Below are positions 1 to 10,530 of a stretch of 64,000 nt of DNA, piece by piece. The stretch spans positions 14,422 to 78,421 of the forward strand of contig JALNYN010000001.1 of the NCBI GenBank assembly GCA_023229825.1, in the 5' to 3' direction. Position 1 is the first letter of the stretch, and each line of letters starts with the position of its first letter. Both the position numbers and the translations under genes were made by a program. The notes under the pieces were generated by a model that made no database searches, was not told the DNA's origin, and was given only the letters and a program-made list of their open reading frames with translations. The DNA comes from Minisyncoccota bacterium. GTDB taxonomy: Bacteria; Patescibacteriota; Minisyncoccia; Phycocordibacterales; CAIJYI01.

Positions 1-387
1 CCACAACCCGTTCGTCCGTCGCCGGGCCGGGTCTCCGACCCCGTCCGAAACGTTTCGTCCGTAACTCGTCCGTCGGATTTTTCGACACCCTCGCAGATGC
101 CCACACTTACGTCCGTTGGAAGTGGAAAAGTATTAACGGACACTTCAAACACCGTGGGGATAACTAATGCCACTCCAAAGAAGCTGGAAAAAGAATCCCG
201 AAAAGAAACCATCATCAGCCTTATTCGGTCGAAGGGTCCGGGAGGTGAACTCTCAATCAAAGACATAACCGCGCACTTCACCGACTGCGGAGAAAAAACA
301 ATTCAAAGGGAGCTCGCCGCCTTGGTCGCAGAAAAAGTCCTAAAGAAAACCGGCGACCGAAGATGGAGCAAGTACTCCCTCGTCTAA
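1..387 (+). CDS. 5'-truncated protein with C-terminal winged-HTH (DeoR-like)
   Basis: Frame is open from base 1; C-terminus IKDITAHFTDCGEKTIQRELAALV...KKTGDRRWSKY fits a wHTH; a REP palindrome is translated in-frame at about 24-58. Confidence 0.7.
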   Translation, partial: PQPVRPSPGRVSDPVRNVSSVTRPSDFSTPSQMPTLTSVGSGKVLTDTSNTVGITNATPKKLEKESRKETIISLIRSKGPGGELSIKDITAHFTDCGEKTIQRELAALVAEKVLKKTGDRRWSKYSLV

Positions 388-400
388 AGGACACAACGAA

Positions 401-531
401 GTATCAGGGAAAAGTATCAGTATCAGGACCGTTAACGAAATGCACCACAAGACCATTTCGCCGTACGCGGGTCTCCGACCCCGTCCGAAACGTTTTGTCC
501 GTCGTCCCCGATACTGATACTCTCCCCTGAT
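401..531. repeat. Inverted GTATCAG-type arms enclosing a REP-A palindrome
   Basis: gtatcagggaaaagtatcagtatcagg (401-427) versus cccgatactgatactctcccctgatac (507-533); same arm family at 17267-17298 and 59883-59910. Confidence 0.7.
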
Positions 532-776
532 ACTCGTTCGTTCTCCTTCATTTCTCCTTAACAAAACATCCCAAAAATGCACCTAAAGACCATTTAAATG
601 CGTATTTATCAATAGGTATTTGAGGGCGTCGCGTTCATTAAAACATCTTGACTTTCAACCTCGAAAATGCGATACTCTATGGTACTGCATTATGGGTTAG
701 TGCGGGCAGCTTGCAGGGTGTTAATTCATCCCGCTAAGTGGAAAAATAAATTTTTGAAATCTGAATTCGTCGTCGT

Positions 777-816
777 CCCTCCTCCCTCTCTTTAGAGGGG
801 AGGATTGAGGTGGGGT
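777..816. repeat. CCCCACCCCAACCCTCCCCTCT-type hairpin repeat
   Basis: Reverse complement nearly matches 59764-59803. Confidence 0.7.
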
Positions 817-826
817 GTCGTCGTAT

Positions 827-963
827 CGTCGCCGGACGCGGGTGAGGAATGGGATGGGACCCATTCCGTAAAACCTTCTTCTAATATTTTGTGAGGAACG
901 AAACAAAATATTGAAAAGGTGTACTGCTCCTGTAAGGAGGGCGACCCCGTCCGAAACGTTTCG
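827..963. repeat. About 137-bp multibranch palindromic element, copy 1 (REP-A stem with about 100-bp insert)
   Basis: Near-identical to 12721-12856. Confidence 0.85.
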
Positions 964-971
964 TCGCCACC

Positions 972-1001
972 CGTCATTCCGGCCCACGAGCCGGAATCCA
1001 C
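972..1001. repeat. GTCATTCCGG-N-CCGGAATCC palindrome family
   Basis: Also at 13514-13589, 17303-17333, 17558-17636 and 55521-55550. Confidence 0.75.
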
Positions 1002-1149
1002 GTCTCGTCGCGCGGAACGAATCGCATCAAATTTTTCGCACCTCCAATGTGGAGAAACGAAAAATTCTTGCGCTTCAAAGAATTCAAAAATAATATTTCA
1101 TTCACAAGTTATCCACATTTTCTTTTGCAGTGTATTTACGCAAGTAATA

Positions 1150-1593
1150 TAATTGAGTAGAAGGAAAGAAAGCTGTTTTTTTCTTGTATATGAAAGAAGG
1201 GAGAACATACCGAACGGTACGTTCGTTGACAACCAAATATCGCAAGATGGAAAAGAGACGAATGCGTTTCGTCATAGGGGCTTGAAAATAAATAAACGAA
1301 TACGTTTATTTATGTTTATTTATTTTCAAGCCCCGAGCGCATGTCTCTTTGATACTGAAACTGCGGAGAGTCCGCCAAAATTGACGGCACGCGCTTAGCC
1401 TTGGTCGGGGCGAAGCGATGCTTTAAAAAAATGTAACGACAAAATCGTTTCGGATGTTTAGGAGTCGAAACTAATCATCCGAAATGAAAGGGCGTGAAAA
1501 TAAATTTGAATTTATTTTCAAGTTCTTAGCGAGTGGAGTTTTGTAAATAGTTTTACCAGAATTTTATTCGCAATAATAATTAATAAGTATTTC
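1150..1593 (+). promoter_or_regulatory. Long structured 5' leader of the surface protein gene
   Basis: TATAAT at 1148-1153; long hairpins ggggcttgaaaataaataaac/gtttatttattttcaagcccc and tttcggatg/catccgaaa; boxA-like gttcgttgacaa at about 1221. Confidence 0.5.
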
Positions 1594-4500
1594 ATGAGTA
1601 AATATAACAAAGTGATCGCAGGCTTCGTGGGTTTTGCAACCGCTGTTACCATGTCGTTCGGAACGGCATCGGCAGCAACGAATGAAGAACTCCAAGCTCA
1701 GATCTCAGCTTTGCTCGCGCAAATCACAAGTTTGCAGGCACAGCTTGGTACAGCACAGACAGGAACAGGAACAACCGTTGGAGCATACACCTTCGCTATG
1801 GACCTCACATTGGGATCCACCGGCGCTGATGTTTTGAATCTCCAAAAAGTTCTCAATAGCGATTCTGCTACGCAGGTCGCGACGACTGGAGCCGGCGCAC
1901 CGGGAAGTGAATCCACTTACTTCGGAGCGAAGACGAAAGCCGCAGTTATGAAATTCCAGACCAAGCATGGAATCGCCCCGGTCGCCGGATACGTTGGTCC
2001 TAAGACCAGAGCTATCCTCAACACCTTGGGAGGTACCACCACTGGCGGAAACACCGGCGGAGTAGTTACTCCGGTCGGAACCGATGTCAGCGTTGCGTTG
2101 TCCTTCGACAACCCGGCTGCCGGCACCGTCATCGCCGGACAAGCGATCGCCGACTTGGCACACTTCACATTCTCCAACCCGACAGGCACGGAGGTGAAAG
2201 TTACCAAATTGGTTTTTAACCGCACCGGTATTTCCAATGACTCAACTCTCGTAAATGTCTATCTCTTTGATGGAGCCAAGAGAGTTACTGATTCTGCTTC
2301 AGTTGCCTCGAGTAAGATCACCTTCAACGATCCAACCGGAATCTTCACGATTCCTGCCGGTGGCATGAAGACAGTAGCCCTCAGAGCTGATATCGTTTCT
2401 ACTGCTACTGGTCAGATCGTCGGTATAGCACTTGCGGAAGTTACTGCAACAGCTACCGTAGGCGGCGCATTCCCTATTCTTGGAAATAATCATTCCATAG
2501 CGACCGCGTCAATGGCTGTAGTCGATTTCAGTGATACAACAACTCCGAGTGGAACGAATGTCGCGGTTGATCCTCAGACGGATTACACCATGTGGCAAAA
2601 TACTGTTAGCTTCACCACTCGAGCTGTTGATATGAAAGGTATCTCTTTCCGACAGATCGGATCTGTCGCTACTGCTGATCTCGGAAACTTCAAACTCTTC
2701 ATTGATGGTACCCAGGTTGGAACCACTGTTGCATCTTTGGATGCGAACGGATATGTTAATTTCGACCTCACAGCTACCCCAAAGAGATTGGCAACCGGTA
2801 GCCACACCATTAAATTGGTTGGCGACATCATTGGCGGTTCAACAAGAACTTTCAGCTTCTCTCTCCAACAGGCGAGCGATGCCGTTTTTGTAGATTCACA
2901 ACTTGGTCAGCCGATATTGATCAAGAAAGCTGCCACTACTTTCTCGGCTGAGGATTCCGGTTCTCATCTCGTGAATGCTGGTACTTTGACTATCACCAAG
3001 AAAACAGATTCCCCGACAGGAAATATTACTTTGACCGCAAGCAACGCGCTTTTGGCAAAGTATGAGGTTAAGGCTGCCGGTGAACCGATCAAAGTTGAGA
3101 ATTTGAGAGTAGGTATCGTTCAGAGCACCGAAGGTACTTACACCGACTACTCTTTGAGAAACGGTTCATTATTCATTCTCAAAGCTGATGGTACTGAAGA
3201 GCAGGTAGGCAATACCGCCTCTATCGCGGGAAACAGCTCTGCTACCGTTGGATACACTCAATTTAACCTTGGTTCTTCTTTGGTTGTATATCCTGGAACT
3301 CCGGTTATTTTGTTGGTTCGAGCCGACATCTATAATGATGCTGGCACAACAAATGCGACGGCAATTGCAGCAACGGAAACTCTGCAGGTAAGAATTCTCA
3401 CCGGTTCTAACAACTGGAAGAGAGTAAATTCTTTGACCTACGATTCTAACACCACACAGTTAGCAAATGAACTGACTGTAACCGCAGGAAACTTCACCGT
3501 TTCTGCAAGCTCAGCCTATGCGAATCGTGCGGTCGTGAAGCCTCAGACTGCTTACAAATTGGCTTCCTTCAATGTTGTTTCAACTGAGACCGAGCCGATC
3601 AATCTCGATACGTTCACGATGACATTCACAGGAAGCTCTGTTGGTGTTGCCACTGGTCTTTCTGATGTATACGTCAAGTATGGTACTAAGACCACAAGCG
3701 TAAAATCCACGGTTGCAAGTACTACTTCGTCATACAGTATCAGCGAAGTACTCGCTCCGAATACCACAATGCCAGTAGAGGTTTGGGGTAATCTGACCTC
3801 ATCTCTCGCGACAGATAACACAATTATCACTGGAGTCACCATATCTGGAACCACCGCAAATTCTGCAACAGCGCGATCTTCTTCTGCGACAGGACAAACT
3901 TTGACGATTTCCGCAGGATCAATTTCCGCCGCTGTTGTGAGTGATTCTACTCTCGCAACGAAGCTCTTGGTTGGAAATACACAGCCGAAAGTTGCATCTT
4001 TCCGCTTCACTGCGCTTAATGACACTTACACGATCACCGACATTGCGCTCAAAGCAAGTACAACCGGAAATGCTATCACCAGCTTGGTCTTGAAATCAGC
4101 CGGTATGGCAGACAAGATCGTATTCTTGGGAACCGCTAACGGAGATGATAGCGTTGCTACATCTTCCGGTATGACGCTCTCAGTTCCTGCCAACAATACT
4201 ACTGGAACAGTAGTCGATGTTTATCTGAACTTGAACGATATCGGACCGAACGCAGGAACCACTGGTTCTAATGTTCGCGTTACAATCGATACCTATAAAG
4301 CGCAAACATCGGCCGGATCGACCGAAACCAAGCCTACCGATATTTACGGTAACTTGATGTATGTCTACAAATCCATCCCGACGATTACTTTGGTTAACCT
4401 TCCGTCAACAACTTTGACGAACGGAACCAAGACCCTCTCCAAATTCACCATCGCGGCTGACGCTGCCGGTGCCATTGGATGGAAACAGATCGTTTGGCAG

Positions 4501-4944
4501 GTTACCAAATCAGCTGCAGTTACTCTCGCGAGAACGGGCGTCTCACTGGTAGATAGCAACAACAACACTATCGCCGGAACGTTCGCGACCTCGACAGCTA
4601 CGCAGGCTGGAACACTTATGTTTGACACGGATGCAACCACCGGATACATCTCATTCATCGCTACTGATGAGCAGCCGATCTCCACAACGGAGACCTACAG
4701 CTTGAAGGGTACTATCGCTGGAACCGCTTCCAATCTTTCGTTTGGAACCTACATCGATACGTCTTCTTCATACGCTGCGGCGGATGCGTACTTGGACATT
4801 GATAGTGCTGTGCATGATGGACTCGTTGACTTCATCTGGACTGATCGCTCAGCGAACAGCCACGACACCACCACCAATGACTGGAACACAGATTACAAGA
4901 TCAAGAATCTCTCGACTGACACCCAGACGATGACGGGTGCCTAA
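1594..4944 (+). CDS. Large secreted S-layer-like surface protein with N-terminal peptidoglycan-binding domain
   Basis: Signal peptide, ELQAQISALLAQITSLQAQL coil, PG-binding motif (LTLGSTGADVLNLQKVLN...YFGAKTKAAVMKFQ...GYVGPKTRAILN), Thr/Ser/Gly-rich beta-repeat body. Confidence 0.85.
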   Translation: MSKYNKVIAGFVGFATAVTMSFGTASAATNEELQAQISALLAQITSLQAQLGTAQTGTGTTVGAYTFAMDLTLGSTGADVLNLQKVLNSDSATQVATTGAGAPGSESTYFGAKTKAAVMKFQTKHGIAPVAGYVGPKTRAILNTLGGTTTGGNTGGVVTPVGTDVSVALSFDNPAAGTVIAGQAIADLAHFTFSNPTGTEVKVTKLVFNRTGISNDSTLVNVYLFDGAKRVTDSASVASSKITFNDPTGIFTIPAGGMKTVALRADIVSTATGQIVGIALAEVTATATVGGAFPILGNNHSIATASMAVVDFSDTTTPSGTNVAVDPQTDYTMWQNTVSFTTRAVDMKGISFRQIGSVATADLGNFKLFIDGTQVGTTVASLDANGYVNFDLTATPKRLATGSHTIKLVGDIIGGSTRTFSFSLQQASDAVFVDSQLGQPILIKKAATTFSAEDSGSHLVNAGTLTITKKTDSPTGNITLTASNALLAKYEVKAAGEPIKVENLRVGIVQSTEGTYTDYSLRNGSLFILKADGTEEQVGNTASIAGNSSATVGYTQFNLGSSLVVYPGTPVILLVRADIYNDAGTTNATAIAATETLQVRILTGSNNWKRVNSLTYDSNTTQLANELTVTAGNFTVSASSAYANRAVVKPQTAYKLASFNVVSTETEPINLDTFTMTFTGSSVGVATGLSDVYVKYGTKTTSVKSTVASTTSSYSISEVLAPNTTMPVEVWGNLTSSLATDNTIITGVTISGTTANSATARSSSATGQTLTISAGSISAAVVSDSTLATKLLVGNTQPKVASFRFTALNDTYTITDIALKASTTGNAITSLVLKSAGMADKIVFLGTANGDDSVATSSGMTLSVPANNTTGTVVDVYLNLNDIGPNAGTTGSNVRVTIDTYKAQTSAGSTETKPTDIYGNLMYVYKSIPTITLVNLPSTTLTNGTKTLSKFTIAADAAGAIGWKQIVWQVTKSAAVTLARTGVSLVDSNNNTIAGTFATSTATQAGTLMFDTDATTGYISFIATDEQPISTTETYSLKGTIAGTASNLSFGTYIDTSSSYAAADAYLDIDSAVHDGLVDFIWTDRSANSHDTTTNDWNTDYKIKNLSTDTQTMTGA

Positions 4945-5017
4945 AAAACCATCTTGTGAGTTAGCAGAGCTAATTTTGGCAGCGTAAGTTGCCAGACCAG
5001 CGATACTAATTTGGTTC

Positions 5018-5058
5018 GCAAAACACCCCTTCGGATTCGTCCGTCGGGGTTTTTGCGT
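5018..5058 (+). terminator. Intrinsic terminator
   Basis: cgcaaaacacccc...ggggtttttgcg hairpin after the surface gene. Confidence 0.6.
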
Positions 5059-5075
5059 TGTGGTGGAGGAGGCGG

Positions 5076-5125
5076 TTCCCCTAGGGCGGTCCTCGGGAGG
5101 TTTCCCGAGGACCGCCCTAGGGGAA
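5076..5125. repeat. REP-B doublet palindrome upstream of RAYT1
   Basis: ttcccctagggcggtcctcggga-ggtt-tcccgaggaccgccctaggggaa. Confidence 0.9.
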
Positions 5126-5152
5126 AACGGAGCAATCGTGTATAATGCTTGA

Positions 5153-5848
5153 ATGGAACGAAAATTTAATTTTAGCGTTGATGAGTACTATCATATTTAT
5201 AGCCGTGGAGTTGAGAAGCGTGAAATTTTTCTTGATAATGGAGATAAAGAAAGATTTTTACGTTTATTGTTCTTATCTAACTCAGGCAAACCATTTAATT
5301 TTAGAGAAGTTTCCGGAATTTCTTTTGAAAATATTTCTCGAGGAGAACCACGAACAGCCATAGGAGCTTTTTGCCTTATGCCCAATCATTTTCATCTACT
5401 ATTACGAGAAACCGAGGAGGGCGGAATAAGTGCATTTATCGGAAAACTTCTCACTGGCTATTCAATGTATTTTAATAAAAAATACAAACGAAAGGGTGTA
5501 GTTTTTGAAAGCCGTTTTCAGGCTCAGCACGTCGATAACGACAATTACCTCAAATATCTCTTTGCTTATATCCATCTCAATCCGGTAAAACTCATCGAAC
5601 CGGAATGGAAAGAGAAGGGAATCAAAGATCAGAAATTTGCCGAAGACTATCTGAATAAATATCGCTACAGTAGCTATGAAGATCATATGGGCACAGAAAG
5701 AGAAGAAGCCCTTATCCTCGACAAAGAGTCTTTCCCAGAATATTTCGAAAGATCCCGTGATTTCAAAGACTATGTAACGGATTGGCTCAATTATCGCGAC
5801 GAAGAGGAAGGCGGTGGCGACACTGTTCCCGAGGGCGGTCCTCGGTAA
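5153..5848 (+). mobile_element. REP-associated tyrosine transposase (RAYT, IS200/Y1 HUH family), copy 1
   Basis: YYHIYSRG, CLMPNHFHLL (HUH), FESRFQA, YIHLNPV, YRYSSY; flanked by REP-B palindromes. Confidence 0.9.
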
Positions 5849-5874
5849 AATTACCGAGGACCGCCCTCGGGAAC
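5825..5874. repeat. REP-B doublet overlapping the RAYT1 stop codon
   Basis: gttcccgagggcggtcctcggtaa-aa-ttaccgaggaccgccctcgggaac. Confidence 0.9.
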
Positions 5875-5950
5875 TCTAACCAACTTCACGTCATTTTTGC
5901 ATCTCTGTATAGTTTCTTTCCATTTTCTTTTTTGCTAGGATGGTGGCATC

Positions 5951-8900
5951 ATGAAAAAAATAATATTTCTCGCCACGGTGCTCTTTTTCGCACCTTCGTT
6001 CGTTTTTGCTGGAACTCCGGTCTGGGGTACTTTAAATTCCGATACCGTCTGGACGGCGGAAAGCGGTCCGTACCTTGTAGACTTCGCGATAGTCCCGGAA
6101 GGAGTAACACTTACAGTGGAAGAAGGAACCGTAGTTAAATTCACCGGACAGCGTTCAATGCTTGAAGTTTCCGGAAACCTTGTCGTTTCAGGGACTGAAT
6201 TGAGCCCCGTTGTTTTTACCTCCATAAATGACGATTCTGTCGGCGGCGATACCGGCACGGGAGCGAATGAGTGGGGAAACATTCTGATAAAGAACGGAGG
6301 AGTTGCGGAGATCGATCACACGATCGTTCGCTATGGCGGATGGACTGGATGGCTTTCTTCCGCCGCTCCGTCCAACATTTGGAACGACGGGGGAAACCTC
6401 ACCCTAACAAACTCGAAGATCAGCAATGCATGGACAGGCATAACGCATTCAGCGGGAAATACCGCGCTCACGGAAAACATATTCACGGAAAACCATATGG
6501 GAATTTCCGCGGGCGGAACGGGAAACGTCCGTTTCGATCATAATAATTTTTTTAATAATACCGGCAATGTGGCTTGGTTCGACCTCACTAACGGCGTCTC
6601 CCTTGCCCATTCGGATAATACCGCATGGGGAGGAACTCCGGGATTGGTTCTCGCAGGCGAGGCCGGCGCAGATTATGTTTTTGAGAAAGACGGAGCGCCA
6701 TACGTCATCGATCACTTCACGGTTCCCGCGGGAAAGACAGTAACATCGCGGCAGGGAACGGCATTTAAAATATTGAATCCCGTCAGCGAGATAAATATTT
6801 CCGGAACGTGGAACGCCGAAGGGACTTCGGATGAACCCGTTTACTTTACTTCCATTAAAGATGATACCGTTCTGGGAGATACCAACGGCGACGCCGATGC
6901 CACCAGCCCGGCTAAGAAAGATTGGGAAGGTATCATCATTTTACAAGATGGCAAAGCAAACTTCGATCATTCCGTTTTCCGCTATGGAGGATACAACGGC
7001 TGGCTGCAAAGCACTTATTCATCCAACATATCAAACAACGGAGGAGTTCTTATTATCTCCAATTCAGAAATTTCGCACGCCCCTATCGGGGTTAATCATG
7101 TTTTAGGGAATACCTCAATTTACGATAGCAATTTATCTGAAAATATTCAGGGAATAAATGCAATGGGAAAAGGAGTTATCGAAATCAAAAGGAATATTTT
7201 TGCAAACACAAGCTATGCGTGTTCTCTTAAATTATCAGAACTTTTGTTAACGAACGCCGGCAACAAAGTTCTTGGAAATGGATTCCGCGGTTTTAATATT
7301 GAAGGTACATTATCAACCAACCAAACATTAGCTAAAGATGTTCCATATATTGTTTCTACCATTACCATTCCTGCCGGAAAAATGCTCACGGTGCTTCCCG
7401 GAGCGGTAATTAAAATGAAGACTGCTTATGGCAGAATTACAGTTGATGGCGAGATTCAGGTCCTTGGAACAAAAGATGATCCGATATATTTTACATCAAT
7501 AAAGGACGACGAAGTCTACGGCGATACGAACGGCGACGGGAATGTTTCTTTTCCGCAACCCGGCAACTGGTCTGCGGTCGTCGTGCATCCGGGAGGAGCC
7601 GCAAACTTCGACCATGCGATCATCAAATACGGCGGATATTATTATTACGGTGATTCAATTCTCTACAATGACGGTGGAACCCTTTCCGTAAAGAACTCGC
7701 AAATCTCTTTCTCTCCCAGTTACGGAATTTATCACCGAAGCGGCTCGACCACCGTGAATTACAGCACGATACGAAACAACGGTTTCGGAGTATTCAATGC
7801 GGGATCCGAAAGTATCGACGCGACAAACAATTTCTGGGGCACCGCCGCCGGACCAAATCACAACGGTTTGCCGATCGAAGCGATTTTGAACGACAAGGTT
7901 TCGGATCAAGTAAATTATGCTCCGTGGCTTGATTATGATCCAATGGTAACGCTTCCGACATCAATAACGCTTACCAACGGCGGCGAAACGGAAAACGACG
8001 ATTTGCAAGATGGAAAAGGAGTGGCGGATAAAACTCAGTTTACGTTTTCTGTTGTTGCATCGGAAAATCTAGTGGACATAAAACTTGTAACCGATTCATC
8101 GGACGTCGGCATCAATCCGGGTCAATTCTTTTTGTACGCTTCAGGAACCGAAGGCGTTTACTCTCGCGCTCTTACCTTTCCGAAGGGACACTATCGCTAT
8201 CATTTTGAAGCGGGAGACGGAAACGGCGGCGTATATCGTTACCCGGAAGCAACCGAACTTGAATTTACAACCGGCTATTCAAACGTGGCGTTTTTGCCGG
8301 GGATCGAGGCATCGCGGCTGTACATAAATGGATATAAACAATGGGAGCCGCTCGGCGACAATGATGCCGAAGATCTTTTGATGAATAGCAACGGAAAAAG
8401 CGTAAAAGACAATATTTACACCAAAGATGTGATAAATAATGCTTACCTGCCGATAAAAGGGAATGTGTACCAGTCGTTTATTGAATCGATGAACGAATTA
8501 AAAAGCAGTCATATTATTACCGATTGGAAACCTCTCGCCTATGACTGGCGGTTGTCTTTTGGTGATGTTTTGAATAACGGGCAAATAATGAATGACGGAA
8601 TAAACTATACGCGAGAAATTTCTCCGCTTGATACGCCGAATATCATCGGCGAGATACATCGCCTTGCCGAAAGTTCCGACACGGGAAAAGTTACGATTGT
8701 TACGCATTCCATGGGAGGTCTCCTCGCAAAAAAACTCGCCATAAAACTCGGGGCGGATGCGCCGAAACTGTTGGATCAAATGATATTCGTCGCCTCTCCG
8801 CAGGCGGGGACGCCTCAAGCGATCGGCGCGCTTCTTCACGGTGCGGATGTCGCACTTCCACTGACCTCTTTGGATTACGGCATTTCTCCGAAAGAAGGAA

Positions 8901-10489
8901 GAAAACTCTCGCAAAATATGCCGTCGGCGTATTCTTTGCTTCCTTCCGCAAAATATTTCAGGTATGTTGATAATTCGGTGATCACTTTTGACGATTCCGA
9001 TTTTCTCGAACCGTGGCGGACCAAATACGGACAGAAAATTCATTCGCAGGAACTTCTTCGTAATTTTTTGATTGACCAGGCGCGCCCGCCGCTTACCGTT
9101 TTTTACCCGCTAAATTTCCCCGCATCAACAAATCCGACGCTTCTTGCAAACGCCGAAACTTTGCATGATACGGAAATCGATAATTGGGAACCGCCGACCG
9201 GCGTGCAATTAACTGAAATTGCCGGGTGGGGAGTGGAAACGCTTGCGACGATCGAATACAAAAAAGGAATTTATGCTCCCTGCATTGAATGGAAAGAGGC
9301 GACTTGCGTGAAAAAAGATGAAATTCCCGTTCTTGAACCGCATCTGAAAACGGTAGTTGATGGCGATGGAACGGTCGTCGTGCCGAGCGCGCTGTGGACG
9401 GCGACAAGTACGGGGGTGAGGAAATATTGGGTGGATTTGGCGACTTATAATTCTTGGAAAAATCTATTTCAAACAGGAACTCTTATCGCGCGCAAACATG
9501 CTGATATTTTTGAGGTTCCAGAAATCAGAGATTTTACAAAAAACCTGATTCTTCGTAATGGGATTATTCCTGAAAAATATATTTTTACATCAACTCCTCC
9601 AAACACCTTTGATTCCGACATGCGTCTCCATTTCACACTTCACTCGCCGCTTGCGCTTAATCTTTACGATGACCAAGGCAACCACACCGGATATTCCACC
9701 ACCACGCGCGAGTTGGAAGAAAATATCCCCGGCAGTCAGTACATCGCTTTCGGCGAATTGAAATATATCAGCGTTCCGGCATCTTCAAATCTTCACCTCG
9801 CCATGAACGGATACGCAAGCGGGTCGTTCACTCTGGATGTGGAGGAATGGCAAGGAGATGCTATTATGGCATCAACAACCTTTGCCGCTATTCCTTCGGC
9901 GACAAGCACCGTCGCGACAATGAGTGTTTTGGCAAACGAAGGAGTTGCCGGGGTTTCGCCTCTGTACGTTGACGAAAACGGCGATGGTACAATTGACATG
10001 ACGCTTGCTCCAAAGATCGACGGAACGGTTTTTCCTGATTTCACTCCGCCCGAAGCAAAAATTTCCGTTGATCCGGCGACAAAGGACTTGCTCATTGAAG
10101 GCGTTGATGAAAACCCGACGACCATTTCAGAAAACGGAAATACCTACACAATTACCGATTCGTCGGGAAACACGACAACTCTCTTCTTTCAAAAAACCTT
10201 CACCGCAAAGCGTCTCACTTTTGCAAAATTGACAGGTGTTCAATACGGAACAGATCCGAAAATATCACTCCCATCGTCTTCGTTTCTGTATCTTTGGAAT
10301 CCGGCACTTGACAGCCAAACCGTCGCCGTCAAAAAAGATTTCATTATTGAAGCGGTGTACAACAAACAGAAAAATCAAACGACTGTGTTTTTAAAAAAGA
10401 AAGGAGAAAAAACACAGAAACAAACCTTTGTAGGATTGAAAGTGGTAAAATTGACTGTGGACAAAGGAATGGTTGGGTATGAGATTTAG
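5951..10489 (+). CDS. Secreted modular protein: beta-helix repeats + alpha/beta-hydrolase (LCAT/PGAP1-like lipase) + C-terminal beta domains
   Basis: Signal peptide; three FTSI.DD...GDT.G repeats; FLPGIEASRL, YDWRL, THSMGG nucleophile elbow, SPQAGTP, DGDGTV, HADI. Confidence 0.85.
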   Translation: MKKIIFLATVLFFAPSFVFAGTPVWGTLNSDTVWTAESGPYLVDFAIVPEGVTLTVEEGTVVKFTGQRSMLEVSGNLVVSGTELSPVVFTSINDDSVGGDTGTGANEWGNILIKNGGVAEIDHTIVRYGGWTGWLSSAAPSNIWNDGGNLTLTNSKISNAWTGITHSAGNTALTENIFTENHMGISAGGTGNVRFDHNNFFNNTGNVAWFDLTNGVSLAHSDNTAWGGTPGLVLAGEAGADYVFEKDGAPYVIDHFTVPAGKTVTSRQGTAFKILNPVSEINISGTWNAEGTSDEPVYFTSIKDDTVLGDTNGDADATSPAKKDWEGIIILQDGKANFDHSVFRYGGYNGWLQSTYSSNISNNGGVLIISNSEISHAPIGVNHVLGNTSIYDSNLSENIQGINAMGKGVIEIKRNIFANTSYACSLKLSELLLTNAGNKVLGNGFRGFNIEGTLSTNQTLAKDVPYIVSTITIPAGKMLTVLPGAVIKMKTAYGRITVDGEIQVLGTKDDPIYFTSIKDDEVYGDTNGDGNVSFPQPGNWSAVVVHPGGAANFDHAIIKYGGYYYYGDSILYNDGGTLSVKNSQISFSPSYGIYHRSGSTTVNYSTIRNNGFGVFNAGSESIDATNNFWGTAAGPNHNGLPIEAILNDKVSDQVNYAPWLDYDPMVTLPTSITLTNGGETENDDLQDGKGVADKTQFTFSVVASENLVDIKLVTDSSDVGINPGQFFLYASGTEGVYSRALTFPKGHYRYHFEAGDGNGGVYRYPEATELEFTTGYSNVAFLPGIEASRLYINGYKQWEPLGDNDAEDLLMNSNGKSVKDNIYTKDVINNAYLPIKGNVYQSFIESMNELKSSHIITDWKPLAYDWRLSFGDVLNNGQIMNDGINYTREISPLDTPNIIGEIHRLAESSDTGKVTIVTHSMGGLLAKKLAIKLGADAPKLLDQMIFVASPQAGTPQAIGALLHGADVALPLTSLDYGISPKEGRKLSQNMPSAYSLLPSAKYFRYVDNSVITFDDSDFLEPWRTKYGQKIHSQELLRNFLIDQARPPLTVFYPLNFPASTNPTLLANAETLHDTEIDNWEPPTGVQLTEIAGWGVETLATIEYKKGIYAPCIEWKEATCVKKDEIPVLEPHLKTVVDGDGTVVVPSALWTATSTGVRKYWVDLATYNSWKNLFQTGTLIARKHADIFEVPEIRDFTKNLILRNGIIPEKYIFTSTPPNTFDSDMRLHFTLHSPLALNLYDDQGNHTGYSTTTRELEENIPGSQYIAFGELKYISVPASSNLHLAMNGYASGSFTLDVEEWQGDAIMASTTFAAIPSATSTVATMSVLANEGVAGVSPLYVDENGDGTIDMTLAPKIDGTVFPDFTPPEAKISVDPATKDLLIEGVDENPTTISENGNTYTITDSSGNTTTLFFQKTFTAKRLTFAKLTGVQYGTDPKISLPSSSFLYLWNPALDSQTVAVKKDFIIEAVYNKQKNQTTVFLKKKGEKTQKQTFVGLKVVKLTVDKGMVGYEI

Positions 10490-10530
10490 GTTGTGGTATA
10501 CTTGAGGTAAGATTAATTGTTAAAAATCTT

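Noticed and set aside
885-912. Hammerhead ribozyme (tgag...cgaaac) in the duplicated element
   Set aside because: The CUGANGA core is absent and the segment is the loop of a simple hairpin
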